DNA of 46,551 bases from an uncultured Actinomycetes bacterium (GCA_903907835.1 CAIVPQ010000006.1:1-46551); one strand, 5' to 3'; counted from the stretch's first letter, positions 36,102 through 45,261 are shown. A program made the numbers and translations. The notes: generated from the letters alone by a model not told the origin.

Positions 36102-37476
36102 GAAATTCAGCTTGGGCATCAAGCCCGGTAGGGAGTCTATTGGCCAGTCGAGCATTACCACCGCTGGCTAGCATGAGACGTTCTACAATCGCCAATCCCA
36201 AGCCACTACCGTATGCATCGCTACGAGCTCGCCAGAAACGATTAAAAGCTTTTTCTAAATCCTCTTCTGGCATGCCTGGACCAGAGTCACTGACATGGAC
36301 AGTTGTTGTTTTTTCGCCAAGAGCCACTGATATCAGGATTTGTGAACCAGTAGGCGCTAGTTCCAGAGCATTGTCTATGTAGTTATCCAACACTTGCTCT
36401 ATTGCACCAGGTATCGCAAGAACTAGAGAATGATCAGGCAATTGGAAATCAATCTGTACACCTCTCTCATCACCCAATGCTTGCCAGTTGATGACACGTT
36501 CGCGAGCAATCTGCACGAGGTCGTATGGCACTGGAGAAATCTCTTGGGCACCTTCTGATCTAGATAAAAGTAATAGGCCTTCGACAAGTCTTTGTAGTCG
36601 CTCGGTTTCAACCATGGCTGCTTCAAGCCGTGTTGCAGCACCGATGGGATCGACCGCAATCATCTCTGTGGCGCGCTCGAGTCTAAGTTGAAGAGCAGTG
36701 AGCGGTGTTCGCAATTGGTGTGAAGCATCGCCAGCAAAGGCTTTCTGTTGGTCTATCAGACGACTAAGTTGTTCAGCCATCGCGTTGAAGCTTGATGCCA
36801 GTGCTTTGATTTCCGGGGCACCTTCATCTTGATCAGCACGAACTTTGTAGTTACCCTGAGCAAAAGCTTCAGTTACTTCGCCAAGATTGCGAAGTCGCCT
36901 TGTCACACTCGAGGCCAATACGATCGCCAAAATTGCGGCCAAGAGCAGCGTGATCACTGCGACTGTGGTTATTCCTTGGAGTCTCTGGTTGACTGCTGTG
37001 TTTATGAAAGTCGTGGGAAATGTCGCGCGAATAACGCCCATCGTTTCATCACCGTTCAGGACCGGTACTGCAACAAAGAGAATATTTTGCTTTAAGGTTT
37101 CTGAGTATCGAGTTCCACTGGCTACTTCGCCTTTAAGTGCGGTGATTATTTCAGGGCGAGAAGCATAGGAAGTCCCTACTTGGCCTAACCCTTCAGTGGC
37201 GAGAATAACCTGACCTGATTTGTCAGTAACAATCACTCTGGCACCGCTTTTTTTGCTGTAAGAATTCACAACATCCCAAAGGCGGGCCAAATTTGCTTGG
37301 GTTAAATTCTCAAGGGCTTCTTCTGAGCGCCCTGCTAGCACAAAGCTATCTCGCTCAAGCGCGGTTGTGATGCGATCGCTTTCAACCGTTCGCAAGTACC
37401 GTGCAAGAGGTATGTCATGAACTAGCAAAACGGTAAGTGTTAAACCGAGTAATGCGGCGATTAGTCTGATTTTCAT
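36091..37476 (-). CDS. Sensor histidine kinase (TM-sensor-TM-HAMP-HisKA-HATPase_c)
   Basis: H-box FAGDASHQLRTPLTAL, N-box LDNYIDNALE, G-boxes DSGPGM and GSGLGLAIV. Its 3' end overlaps the convergent DUF3180 gene by 11 nt. Confidence 0.9.
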   Translation of the reverse strand: MKIRLIAALLGLTLTVLLVHDIPLARYLRTVESDRITTALERDSFVLAGRSEEALENLTQANLARLWDVVNSYSKKSGARVIVTDKSGQVILATEGLGQVGTSYASRPEIITALKGEVASGTRYSETLKQNILFVAVPVLNGDETMGVIRATFPTTFINTAVNQRLQGITTVAVITLLLAAILAIVLASSVTRRLRNLGEVTEAFAQGNYKVRADQDEGAPEIKALASSFNAMAEQLSRLIDQQKAFAGDASHQLRTPLTALQLRLERATEMIAVDPIGAATRLEAAMVETERLQRLVEGLLLLSRSEGAQEISPVPYDLVQIARERVINWQALGDERGVQIDFQLPDHSLVLAIPGAIEQVLDNYIDNALELAPTGSQILISVALGEKTTTVHVSDSGPGMPEEDLEKAFNRFWRARSDAYGSGLGLAIVERLMLASGGNARLANRLPTGLDAQAEFLNA

Positions 37477-38156
37477 GTGTCAGAAATTGCTAATCTGAAT
37501 CCCACACCACGAACTGATTCAATCCAGTCTTGATGTCCCAACTTTTTTCGTAATGCCGCAACGTGTGCATCAACAGTTTTTGTGGTCCCGTACCAGTTAG
37601 TGTCCCAAACTTCATTCATTATGTCGTTGCGACGGTAAACCGCACCTGGATCTGTTGCCAGGTATGCGAATAATTCAAATTCTTTCGGAGTTAGATGTAT
37701 TTCCTCTCCCAACAAATGGACTTTTTGAGTCCTGCGATCAATCACTAAATCGCCAATACTCTGATTGGTTTCACTTGAAGTGGTTTCAGGGGGATGTGCG
37801 CGACGCGTCACTGCGCGAATTCGTGCAACTAACTCGCGCATTCCGAATGGTTTAACCATGTAGTCATCAGCACCAAATTCCAGGGCTAGTACTCGATCAA
37901 TCTCTTCACTTCGCGCGCTCAAAATTATTATTGGGGTGCTAATTGTCTTACGTAATTCTCTGCACACATCTTGACCATCCAAGTCAGGCAAACCCAGATC
38001 TAGCAGAATCAATTCAAAACTATTGTTCTTTACAGCGATGATTGCTTCTTGCCCTTTAGACACATGGGTTAGGGAAAACCCAGCGCTTTCAAGGCCATCA
38101 ATAACACTGGCGGCCACTGAAGGATCATCTTCAACAAGCAAAAGGTCCATTTCCAC
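37473..38156 (-). CDS. OmpR/PhoB-family response regulator
   Basis: Receiver LLVEDD...LILLDLGLPDLDG...MVKPF. Winged-helix C-terminus LTPKEFELFAYL...VRGVGFRL. ATGA overlap with the kinase gene. Confidence 0.9.
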   Translation of the reverse strand: MEMDLLLVEDDPSVAASVIDGLESAGFSLTHVSKGQEAIIAVKNNSFELILLDLGLPDLDGQDVCRELRKTISTPIIILSARSEEIDRVLALEFGADDYMVKPFGMRELVARIRAVTRRAHPPETTSSETNQSIGDLVIDRRTQKVHLLGEEIHLTPKEFELFAYLATDPGAVYRRNDIMNEVWDTNWYGTTKTVDAHVAALRKKLGHQDWIESVRGVGFRLAISDT

Positions 38157-38260
38157 ATTCTGTCGTGAATAATACGATTTTGCCTAAATCGGGCTTTTCT
38201 TGGCCAATTCTTGGAAATTGCAGGGATGACTCTTGGCAAACGAAAGGGTAATTTCTAAGC

Positions 38261-38791
38261 ATGAGATCAAATATTGCTAAGGCGTTATCGATTCTGGGTG
38301 TTGTAGCGGCAGGAAGTGCAGCAACAGCAATTAATACTCAAGCACTGCAGTCTCGAGCAGATGCGACTGTTGGTGACGCAACAGCCTTACTTGCCCCCAA
38401 GTCAGCAACAGTGCCCACTCCAACGATCACAATTTTCAAAACTGCGACTCCTGTTGTGGCAGGACCTGAGGCACCAAAGACACTTAGCAGCCCAGATTCA
38501 AGCAACCCGAACATTGGGAATTCAGAGACCACAGAATTCACAAGTGATGCCCAGCCATCTGGACAAGACGCGATTGGGGAGCAGCATGAGGCTGATGCAA
38601 GTAACAATTCCCAGCCAGCACCTAAGGTAAAAGCAAGTCCTGCAGGCCAGACCTCTCATACATCTACCGGAGGATCGAGTTACACCTCTAGTGAAGACGA
38701 AGACGAAGACGAGGATGAGTATGAAGATGAGGACGATCACGAAAGTGAAGATCATGAGGATGAGGATGAGGGTGAATCAGATGATGATTAA
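38261..38791 (+). CDS. Exported low-complexity protein with an extremely acidic His-containing C-terminal tail
   Basis: Signal-like N-terminus MRSNIAKALSILGVVAAGSAATA, a P/T/S-rich middle, and the tail SSEDEDEDEDEYEDEDDHESEDHEDEDEGESDDD. Confidence 0.55.
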   Translation: MRSNIAKALSILGVVAAGSAATAINTQALQSRADATVGDATALLAPKSATVPTPTITIFKTATPVVAGPEAPKTLSSPDSSNPNIGNSETTEFTSDAQPSGQDAIGEQHEADASNNSQPAPKVKASPAGQTSHTSTGGSSYTSSEDEDEDEDEYEDEDDHESEDHEDEDEGESDDD

Positions 38792-39245
38792 TTTTGCTCG
38801 CAAACCCCACCCAGCTAAAAAGACAAGAATAGTATCGACCTTCCTTTCAGGTGTGACGCTCTTAGGCGCAATTGGTGCAATGAGCGAAAATGCACAGGCA
38901 CAAGAGTCCATCAAGATTGCGGAAGCGGCTAAAGCTAGTGCTCTGGCAAAACTCAATGCTAAAAAACAAAGTGCTATCAAACCAAAAGTAAAAATCGTAA
39001 TCGTGACTGTAACTCCTAAGCCAGTAGCACCGAAAAATACCTACAAGCCGACAAGTCAAAATAATGCAGCTCAACAGCCTCGGGCCATTCCAAGATCCCA
39101 ATCTCAACCGGCGCCAGTGACCAGAAAGCAAGTGGTAGTTAAGCGGAATGCTCCTGCCCGTAAACCAACAGTTTCGAAACCTGTCGTGGTTGCACCTGTT
39201 CAACAACCATCACAAACAACTACAGGTGGATCAAAGGTCGGCTAG
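38781..39245 (+). CDS. Membrane-anchored or exported, very basic Pro/Lys/Gln-rich low-complexity protein
   Basis: I prefer the start at ATG 38781 (MMINFARKPHPAKKTRIVSTFLSGVTLLGAIGAMSENAQA). It overlaps the upstream stop by 11 nt (ATGATGATTAA). The stop lies directly before the apbE ATG (TAGATG). Confidence 0.5.
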   Translation: MMINFARKPHPAKKTRIVSTFLSGVTLLGAIGAMSENAQAQESIKIAEAAKASALAKLNAKKQSAIKPKVKIVIVTVTPKPVAPKNTYKPTSQNNAAQQPRAIPRSQSQPAPVTRKQVVVKRNAPARKPTVSKPVVVAPVQQPSQTTTGGSKVG

Positions 39246-40223
39246 ATGTCTGACTTTTCCAAGATCGCAGAACAAGCCTTAACTTCGGCTCGAACTATGG
39301 CTATAAAATTTCGCCCTCATCTGGCCAAAACCACTTTTGTCATGGGTGGCGATTTCCATATCGACATTGTCGGCGAAGGCAATGAACTAATGAATTCAAC
39401 GATTGAGTTATTGGCAGATCTAGAACGCAAATGGAGCAGATTCCTTCCCGATTCAGAGATTTCTAGATTGAATTGGGCTGAAGGCCAGGCGCTAAAGGTA
39501 AGCGACGAAACTTTGCTATTGGTCGAGAAATTAATTGAAGGTTGGAATGCAACCGGGGGGTTATTTGATCCGACGACTTTGCCGCGCACAATTGCTAATG
39601 GATATGCGCAAAGCCATTCAGATGCCAGCCGCATCACATCTTTGCCAGTGACCGCCACTTGGCCTGGTGACGTGGCTGGGATTGTCCTTAATCGTGAAAA
39701 GCATCTCATTAAATTACCTCTTGGAACAACGCTGGACGGAGGTGGATTAGGCAAAGGTCTGGCAGCGGATTTAGCTGTGGAGCACATCATGAAAAATGGT
39801 GCGCTCGGCGCGATGGTCAATGCAAATGGAGATGTCAGAGTATCGGGTGACTCACCAGATGGAAACGCGTGGCGAATTGGTATAGAGCATCCAATGGATG
39901 CAAAGCAAGAGATTGCGCAAGTTCAAATTGTTGATGGTGCCATTGTCACATCGAGTCGGGTACATAAAGTTTGGGATGGAGTTGATGGTTCAACTCATCA
40001 TTTAATTAATCCGAAAAGCGGATTGAGTGCTCAGACCAAAGTGCTTACGACAACAGTGATAAGTGCAACATCAGCGCAAGGAGAAGTCTTAGCAAAACTT
40101 CCCTTCTTTTTGACCTTGGAAGATGCCTTTAATGAAATATCTATTTTGGGTGCGCAGGCCTGTGTAATTGACGAAGATATGGTTATGCATACAACTACTG
40201 GATGGCAGGACTATCAGTGTTAG
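39246..40223 (+). CDS. apbE: FAD:protein FMN transferase (ApbE family)
   Basis: FMGGDFHIDIV, SRFLPDSEISRLN, GLFDPT, LDGGGLGKGLAADL, SSRVHKVW..THHLINPKSG. No obvious signal peptide or lipobox. Confidence 0.85.
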   Translation: MSDFSKIAEQALTSARTMAIKFRPHLAKTTFVMGGDFHIDIVGEGNELMNSTIELLADLERKWSRFLPDSEISRLNWAEGQALKVSDETLLLVEKLIEGWNATGGLFDPTTLPRTIANGYAQSHSDASRITSLPVTATWPGDVAGIVLNREKHLIKLPLGTTLDGGGLGKGLAADLAVEHIMKNGALGAMVNANGDVRVSGDSPDGNAWRIGIEHPMDAKQEIAQVQIVDGAIVTSSRVHKVWDGVDGSTHHLINPKSGLSAQTKVLTTTVISATSAQGEVLAKLPFFLTLEDAFNEISILGAQACVIDEDMVMHTTTGWQDYQC

Positions 40224-41743
40224 ATGCTCAATTTTGGTGGTATTTAACTAGGGCAAGTGCCGTAATCGCTTGGTCGCTTATGGTTATTAGCGTTTTTTGG
40301 GGAATACTTTTAGCGACGAGGATTCTTAAGCCACGCGACAACCCAAGTTGGTTACTGGATTTACACCGTTGGCTTTCAGGTCTTTCCATTGTCTTTGTTG
40401 GTCTTCACATGTTCTCGCTTTACATGGATAGTTATGCCCACTTCTCAATTTCAGATCTATTTATTCCATTTCATTCTCAGTACACCAAAGTCGCGAGCCT
40501 TGGCGCCTGGCCGGTAGCGATTGGAGTCATTTGCACCTACATTCTTTTAGCAGTGCAAGGAACTTCCTTAATGATGCGTCGATTGCCAAGAAAATATTGG
40601 AAAGCCATCCATTACTCAAGCTACTTGCTAGTGCTCGTGATTTCATTTCATGCAGGTTGGTCTGGCACGGATGTAAGCTCCTTTGCTTATCGAGCCATTG
40701 CAATTTTGCTCATCGGATTAACAACAGTGGCGCTAATCCTTAGGATTCTTTTTCCAAAGCCTGCTCGCACTTTAGCCGCGCAAGTTGAAGGCAGAAGACC
40801 TAACCAAAACGTCGAAAACTTAGTTTCCTTGGTGGTGTCCGAAATTGCATACCCAGCAACTGGCATCAAGCAAATTAATTTTGAAAACCCCACAGGAGCG
40901 CCATTGAAAGAGTGGCTACCAGGTTCGCACATCACGTTACATCTGCCCAACGGTTTAAAGAGGCAGTATTCACTTTGTGGAGACCTAAGGGATAAGGATT
41001 CCTATACGATTTCCGTTCTTCAAGCACCACAATCTAGAGGTGGTAGTGAATGGATACATCAGGAACTCAAACAAGGCATGACCGTTGAAGTATCTGGTCC
41101 GCATAATCATTTTGAAATCGAGCCGGCAAAAGATTATTTGTTCATTGCGGGTGGAATCGGGATTACCCCAATCAAAGCCATGATTGAGTCATTACCAACT
41201 AAGAAAGCGTGGTCATTGGTTTACGCTGGTCGATCCAGGAGTTCCATGGCCTACGCCAGCGAACTTGAAGGTATGTATCAAGACCGGGTGACGATTCATT
41301 CAGATGAGGAAGCTGGGCATCGGATAAATCTTGATGAGATTTTGAAGGACTTTGACGGCGATGTGTATACCTGTGGTCCTGAACCATTGTTGGCGGCATT
41401 AATGGAAAGAGTTCCAGCGGGAAGATTGCACTTTGAAAGATTTAATGCGGTTGAACGCAGCAGTAGTGTCACTCTGGATGAGTTCACCGTTGTTTTGAAA
41501 CGCTCAGGCAAGAAATTCCAAGTTACTAAAGATGAGTCATTGCTCAATGCAATCAATCAAAATGGTGGTTCTCTGATCTCCTCTTGTGGTGAAGGAGTTT
41601 GTGGAACCTGCGAAGTACGATTCCTGGGCGGATCTCCACAGCATTTGGACTCAGTTATGAGTGATGAAGATAAGGATGAAATCGGCGTGATGTATCCATG
41701 CGTATCTCGCTCTAATTCCGATGAATTAATCCTGGACATTTAG
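40202..41743 (+). CDS. Fusion of a ferric-reductase-like 6-TM di-haem domain, an FNR-like FAD/NAD(P)H domain and a plant-type 2Fe-2S ferredoxin domain
   Basis: Two His pairs in TM helices (LHRW..x..GLHMF; IHYSS..x..SFHAG). RQYSL FAD motif. FIAGGIGITP NAD motif. CGEGVCGTCEV...x29...C cluster ligands. Confidence 0.8.
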   Translation: MAGLSVLDAQFWWYLTRASAVIAWSLMVISVFWGILLATRILKPRDNPSWLLDLHRWLSGLSIVFVGLHMFSLYMDSYAHFSISDLFIPFHSQYTKVASLGAWPVAIGVICTYILLAVQGTSLMMRRLPRKYWKAIHYSSYLLVLVISFHAGWSGTDVSSFAYRAIAILLIGLTTVALILRILFPKPARTLAAQVEGRRPNQNVENLVSLVVSEIAYPATGIKQINFENPTGAPLKEWLPGSHITLHLPNGLKRQYSLCGDLRDKDSYTISVLQAPQSRGGSEWIHQELKQGMTVEVSGPHNHFEIEPAKDYLFIAGGIGITPIKAMIESLPTKKAWSLVYAGRSRSSMAYASELEGMYQDRVTIHSDEEAGHRINLDEILKDFDGDVYTCGPEPLLAALMERVPAGRLHFERFNAVERSSSVTLDEFTVVLKRSGKKFQVTKDESLLNAINQNGGSLISSCGEGVCGTCEVRFLGGSPQHLDSVMSDEDKDEIGVMYPCVSRSNSDELILDI

Positions 41744-41779
41744 GTCCTCTTCAGGTCCTAGCCCATTACGATTACAAAC

Positions 41780-42562
41780 ATGGCGCGAGTAGCACTCTTC
41801 CAAATAGACGTAGGCGATGGTGAAACGTCGCAGACGCGTTTTGAACGAGTACTTGAGGCGATAGTCGACCAAAAGGGTAAGTGCGATTTAGCTATCCTTC
41901 CGGAGTTGTGGATGGATGGGGCATTCAATATAGAAAGCGCAATAAATAATGCGCAACCTATTACCGGGGATTTTGTGACCAGGATGTCATTGGCTGCCAT
42001 GCAGGCTGGTATTTGGCTTCATGCGGGGTCTTTTGCGGAGAAAGAAGAAAATGAAATTTTCAATACATCTGTGCTGATAAATCCTGATGGACTAATAGAG
42101 CAGGTTTATCGAAAAATTCACTTATTTGGCTTTGATTCATCTGAGGCACTGGAGTTCAAGGCAGGTAGCAAAGTAGTAGTTGCCACAAACGGTCCTTTGG
42201 GAACTGTTGGGCTATCTACTTGTTATGACTTGCGATTTCCTGAACTATTTCGAGCGAGTGTAGATCAGAATGTTCAAACGTTCCTGATAACCTCCGGTTG
42301 GCCAGAAGCGCGGATTGCACATTGGCGCATACTCTTGCAGGCCAGAGCCATCGAAAATCAATGTTGGGTTGTTGCTTGTAATGAGGTCGGGGTCAATGGC
42401 GATATCAGATTGGGCGGCAATTCAATGATCATCAGTCCTCGTGGAGAAGTGGTCTTAGATGCTGGCACACAAGAGGGTGTCTTCTACGCAGACATCGACC
42501 TGTCGTTGGTAGAAGAAACTCGTAGCAGTTTTCCAGTTTTGAGAGATCGAGTATTGGACTAA
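41780..42562 (+). CDS. Carbon-nitrogen hydrolase (nitrilase superfamily)
   Basis: Catalytic triad context LAILPELW (Glu), YRKIHLF (Lys), LSTCYDLRFPELF (Cys). Confidence 0.85.
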   Translation: MARVALFQIDVGDGETSQTRFERVLEAIVDQKGKCDLAILPELWMDGAFNIESAINNAQPITGDFVTRMSLAAMQAGIWLHAGSFAEKEENEIFNTSVLINPDGLIEQVYRKIHLFGFDSSEALEFKAGSKVVVATNGPLGTVGLSTCYDLRFPELFRASVDQNVQTFLITSGWPEARIAHWRILLQARAIENQCWVVACNEVGVNGDIRLGGNSMIISPRGEVVLDAGTQEGVFYADIDLSLVEETRSSFPVLRDRVLD

Positions 42563-44502
42563 TCGCTGAAGTTTTTCTCATTCAATCGAGCAAAGGTTTC
42601 GTTGTATGCCTTCAGCTCAGCATCGTCATCTCGGTCCGCCTGACGATCAAGCCTTTCTGCAACTCGGCGCTCGCTTTTCGCCCACTGCACAGCAACCAGC
42701 AGTAAGAGAAATAGCGTTGGTACTTCACCGAAAGCCCATGCAAATCCACCGCCAAGATAATTGTCTGCAAGAGGATCAGTTAACCAGTCAGGACGTACTT
42801 GGGAATACCAAGCATCCCCGATGGGAGTTGGCGATTGCATGAGCGCGATTGCGAAAAAGGCATGTATTGAAATAGCGACAAGTACAAGTAAGAGTTTGGC
42901 CCAGTAAGGAGTTTTTCTTGGAGCCGGATCAATGCCCACAACTATGTATGCAAACAGAATCCCCGAGAATAAAAAGTGCAGCTCCATGAGGACGTGTCCA
43001 GTGTGGCTAGACATCATGGTTGCGAATGTAGATGTGAAGTAAAGCCCGTACAGCCCAAAGGTAAAGACCCCTAGGACAATCAATGGGTTAGTGATTGTCT
43101 TTGAATACTGGCTATGAACTATTGCCAATATCCACTCGCGAGCACTTCGGTGTTCAGGATCTCTTTGAGCGGGCAAAGCGCGCAATGCAAGTGTGATAGG
43201 AGCACCTAGCACAATAAAAATTGGAGCCAGCATTGACAGAAACATGTGCTGGATCATGTGTGCACTGAATGCAACCATCGCATATTTACTAACACCGGCG
43301 CTTGTGGCCCAATTGACTATTGCCAATCCAATGAAAAAGAAAATGCTTCGAGACATAGGCCAGGAGATTTGGTTTCTATTTAAGCGCTTCAATCCAAGAA
43401 GATAAAGAGCTCCTGCGCATAGAGAACCAGCAAGCAACAGCCATTCAGGATGCCATCCAAAAATTAGTGAAATCGCGCTCGGTTTTTCAGGGAATGCAAA
43501 TCCAAGTATGTCTTCGGCTGCTGATTCAAATGGAACCGAAACGCGTGTTGGTGGGGTCGAACGCAGTGCGACTCCCGCACCTATCGCTATCAACATGATA
43601 GTGATTTCGCAAAGGATGAATTTGAGCATGTTGGCGCCACGAGCCAAGACCTTGCGTAGCTTTATTGCGGTCACCGCCGCCAAGGAGAGCAAAAGAATTT
43701 TTACAAGGACTAGTTGCCCATACTTTGTTTCATAAAAATCGCTGAAGCCATTCATGTGTGTATACGCGTTAGCGAAACCTGAGATAGTTAGGGCACCGAA
43801 AGAATATGTTGCAATTAACGAGTACCTAGAAATTATCTTTTCTTCAATGAAGCCCGATTCCGTCCGAACGGCAATTAAACACCCGACCCAAAATGAGATT
43901 GCGACACCGTGGACGAGTGCTGAAGTAAGGGCAAGTGAATGATCGCCAAGCCCAGAAGAATGACTATTTAGTAAGGGGGAAATAATCCCTGCGGCAGTTA
44001 GGGCTAATAGCGCAGCAATCGAATTTAGTGACACCGAAAAATGAACTAAACCTGCGATTAAAGTGGCGAGCAGGGCAGTGATTAAGACACTCCGAGAACT
44101 GGGCAGAGCCCATATGTAAGTTTGGATCACACCTGGTGCTGTTATCTCGCTTAGATTCAATCCCAGCGTGTTAGCCAAAGTTGCAATTGCGCATACCAAG
44201 CAAGTTAGTGCCCACAATATCGCCAAAGAACTAACTTTCTTCAATTGTGATTTGCCCTCACTAGCAATGTTTGGCTCGTTTGTCGGTGCAATGAACCCAG
44301 CAAAAGTGAGTAGTCCAAGAATCCTGATACTTAGCAAGGTGCTCAGCAGAGTTGAAATTTGCAAAGTCCAAGAAACTAATGCGCCAGCATCAGGTAAGCC
44401 AGCAGCTAATGGTTTCCATGCCGCTTCACTGAAAGTCAGTGCGAGATAGAGCGCAGCGATACTTGAGAAAAGTAAAAAAAGCCCGCCAAAGGCTTTGCGC
44501 AT
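42559..44502 (-). CDS. CopD copper-resistance membrane domain fused to a cytochrome c oxidase assembly factor CtaG-like (caa3_CtaG) domain
   Basis: 647 aa and about 16 TM segments. The C-terminal half carries AHMIQHMFLSMLAPIFIVLGAP and HVLMELHFLFSG, typical of caa3-type CtaG. It follows copC. Confidence 0.75.
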   Translation of the reverse strand: MRKAFGGLFLLFSSIAALYLALTFSEAAWKPLAAGLPDAGALVSWTLQISTLLSTLLSIRILGLLTFAGFIAPTNEPNIASEGKSQLKKVSSLAILWALTCLVCAIATLANTLGLNLSEITAPGVIQTYIWALPSSRSVLITALLATLIAGLVHFSVSLNSIAALLALTAAGIISPLLNSHSSGLGDHSLALTSALVHGVAISFWVGCLIAVRTESGFIEEKIISRYSLIATYSFGALTISGFANAYTHMNGFSDFYETKYGQLVLVKILLLSLAAVTAIKLRKVLARGANMLKFILCEITIMLIAIGAGVALRSTPPTRVSVPFESAAEDILGFAFPEKPSAISLIFGWHPEWLLLAGSLCAGALYLLGLKRLNRNQISWPMSRSIFFFIGLAIVNWATSAGVSKYAMVAFSAHMIQHMFLSMLAPIFIVLGAPITLALRALPAQRDPEHRSAREWILAIVHSQYSKTITNPLIVLGVFTFGLYGLYFTSTFATMMSSHTGHVLMELHFLFSGILFAYIVVGIDPAPRKTPYWAKLLLVLVAISIHAFFAIALMQSPTPIGDAWYSQVRPDWLTDPLADNYLGGGFAWAFGEVPTLFLLLLVAVQWAKSERRVAERLDRQADRDDDAELKAYNETFARLNEKNFSD

Positions 44503-44504
44503 AG

Positions 44505-45047
44505 CTATGGGCGCCTATTTGAGATTGCCGCGACGACGAAGGCTACAAGTAGTAGCACTATGCCCATACCCAACACAATGACATTCAATTTTTTCGGTGC
44601 GTCAATCTGCTTTTCAACTGGAGTTTGCCCTCTGGGCTGCGCCTCGAGTGGAGTTGCCTCGAGAGGTGTTACCTGCATCTGGGATACGGCTGCTGCGGAA
44701 TATTCGAAATCAAACTCGCCGGTCAACACGTGGCCATCATCAGCTACTGCGCGCCATGACACCAGCAACTTTCCAGGTTGGGCATCTTCGGGCCAAGGAA
44801 GGCTTAACGAAGTACCGTTTAGGCTCAAATCGCTCGTTGCCAGTTCGGTTCCTGACTCGTCACGCAAAACAATGGCACTGCCTTCTAATAAAGGGGCCTC
44901 GCTAAAATTCAATTCAATCGGGGCTGGCGCATCGACTGTTGAGCCAGCTGATGGCGATGTACTTACTAATTCGGTATGTGCCTGAGATGCCGGGGCAAAT
45001 ACAAAGAGGAATCCAAAGAAAGTAATTAATGTGGCTAGTCGTTTCAT
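44505..45047 (-). CDS. copC: CopC-domain copper-binding protein with a C-terminal membrane anchor
   Basis: Signal peptide, then a mature N-terminus HTELVSTSPSAGSTV (His1 ... P-x-x-G pattern) and VSWRAVADDGH. Confidence 0.85.
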   Translation of the reverse strand: MKRLATLITFFGFLFVFAPASQAHTELVSTSPSAGSTVDAPAPIELNFSEAPLLEGSAIVLRDESGTELATSDLSLNGTSLSLPWPEDAQPGKLLVSWRAVADDGHVLTGEFDFEYSAAAVSQMQVTPLEATPLEAQPRGQTPVEKQIDAPKKLNVIVLGMGIVLLLVAFVVAAISNRRP

Positions 45048-45121
45048 ATCTTTAGACTAACGCGTTATCAGCAACTGAGTAATGGGGCTTTGGGGTCCCG
45101 CAACGGATTCTGGCGTAAAGC

Positions 45122-45192
45122 GAGCGGATGGCGGGAATCGAACCCGCGCCTCAACCTTGGGAAGGTTACGCGCTACCATTACGCCACACCCG
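45122..45192 (-). tRNA. tRNA-Gly (anticodon CCC)
   Basis: Folded by hand: acceptor GCGGGUG/CAUCCGC (one G-U pair), D arm GCG-UAAUGGUA-GCGC, anticodon arm UAACC-UUCCCAA-GGUUG, T arm CGCGG-GUUCGAUUCC-CGC region. CCA is not encoded. Confidence 0.9.
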
Positions 45193-45261
45193 CTTGGACT
45201 TTTTCGTCTTTGTACTGACCTAGTTGGTAAGCCTAGTACCTACTAGCGGTAATGTTGTTTT

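Noticed and set aside
38691-38780. The ORF-track start (MKTKTKTRMSMKMRTITKVKIMRMRMRVNQ) for the basic protein
   Set aside because: This extension is an alternative-frame reading of the GAA/GAC/GAT repeat that encodes the acidic tail of the upstream gene. The ATG at 38781, followed by a hydrophobic anchor, is a more credible start.
42559-45047. CopC followed by the CopD-CtaG fusion as something novel
   Set aside because: To my recollection, the CopC/CopD pairing and CopD fused to a caa3-type CtaG-like domain are common in Actinobacteria. I annotated it as an ordinary copper-handling locus.
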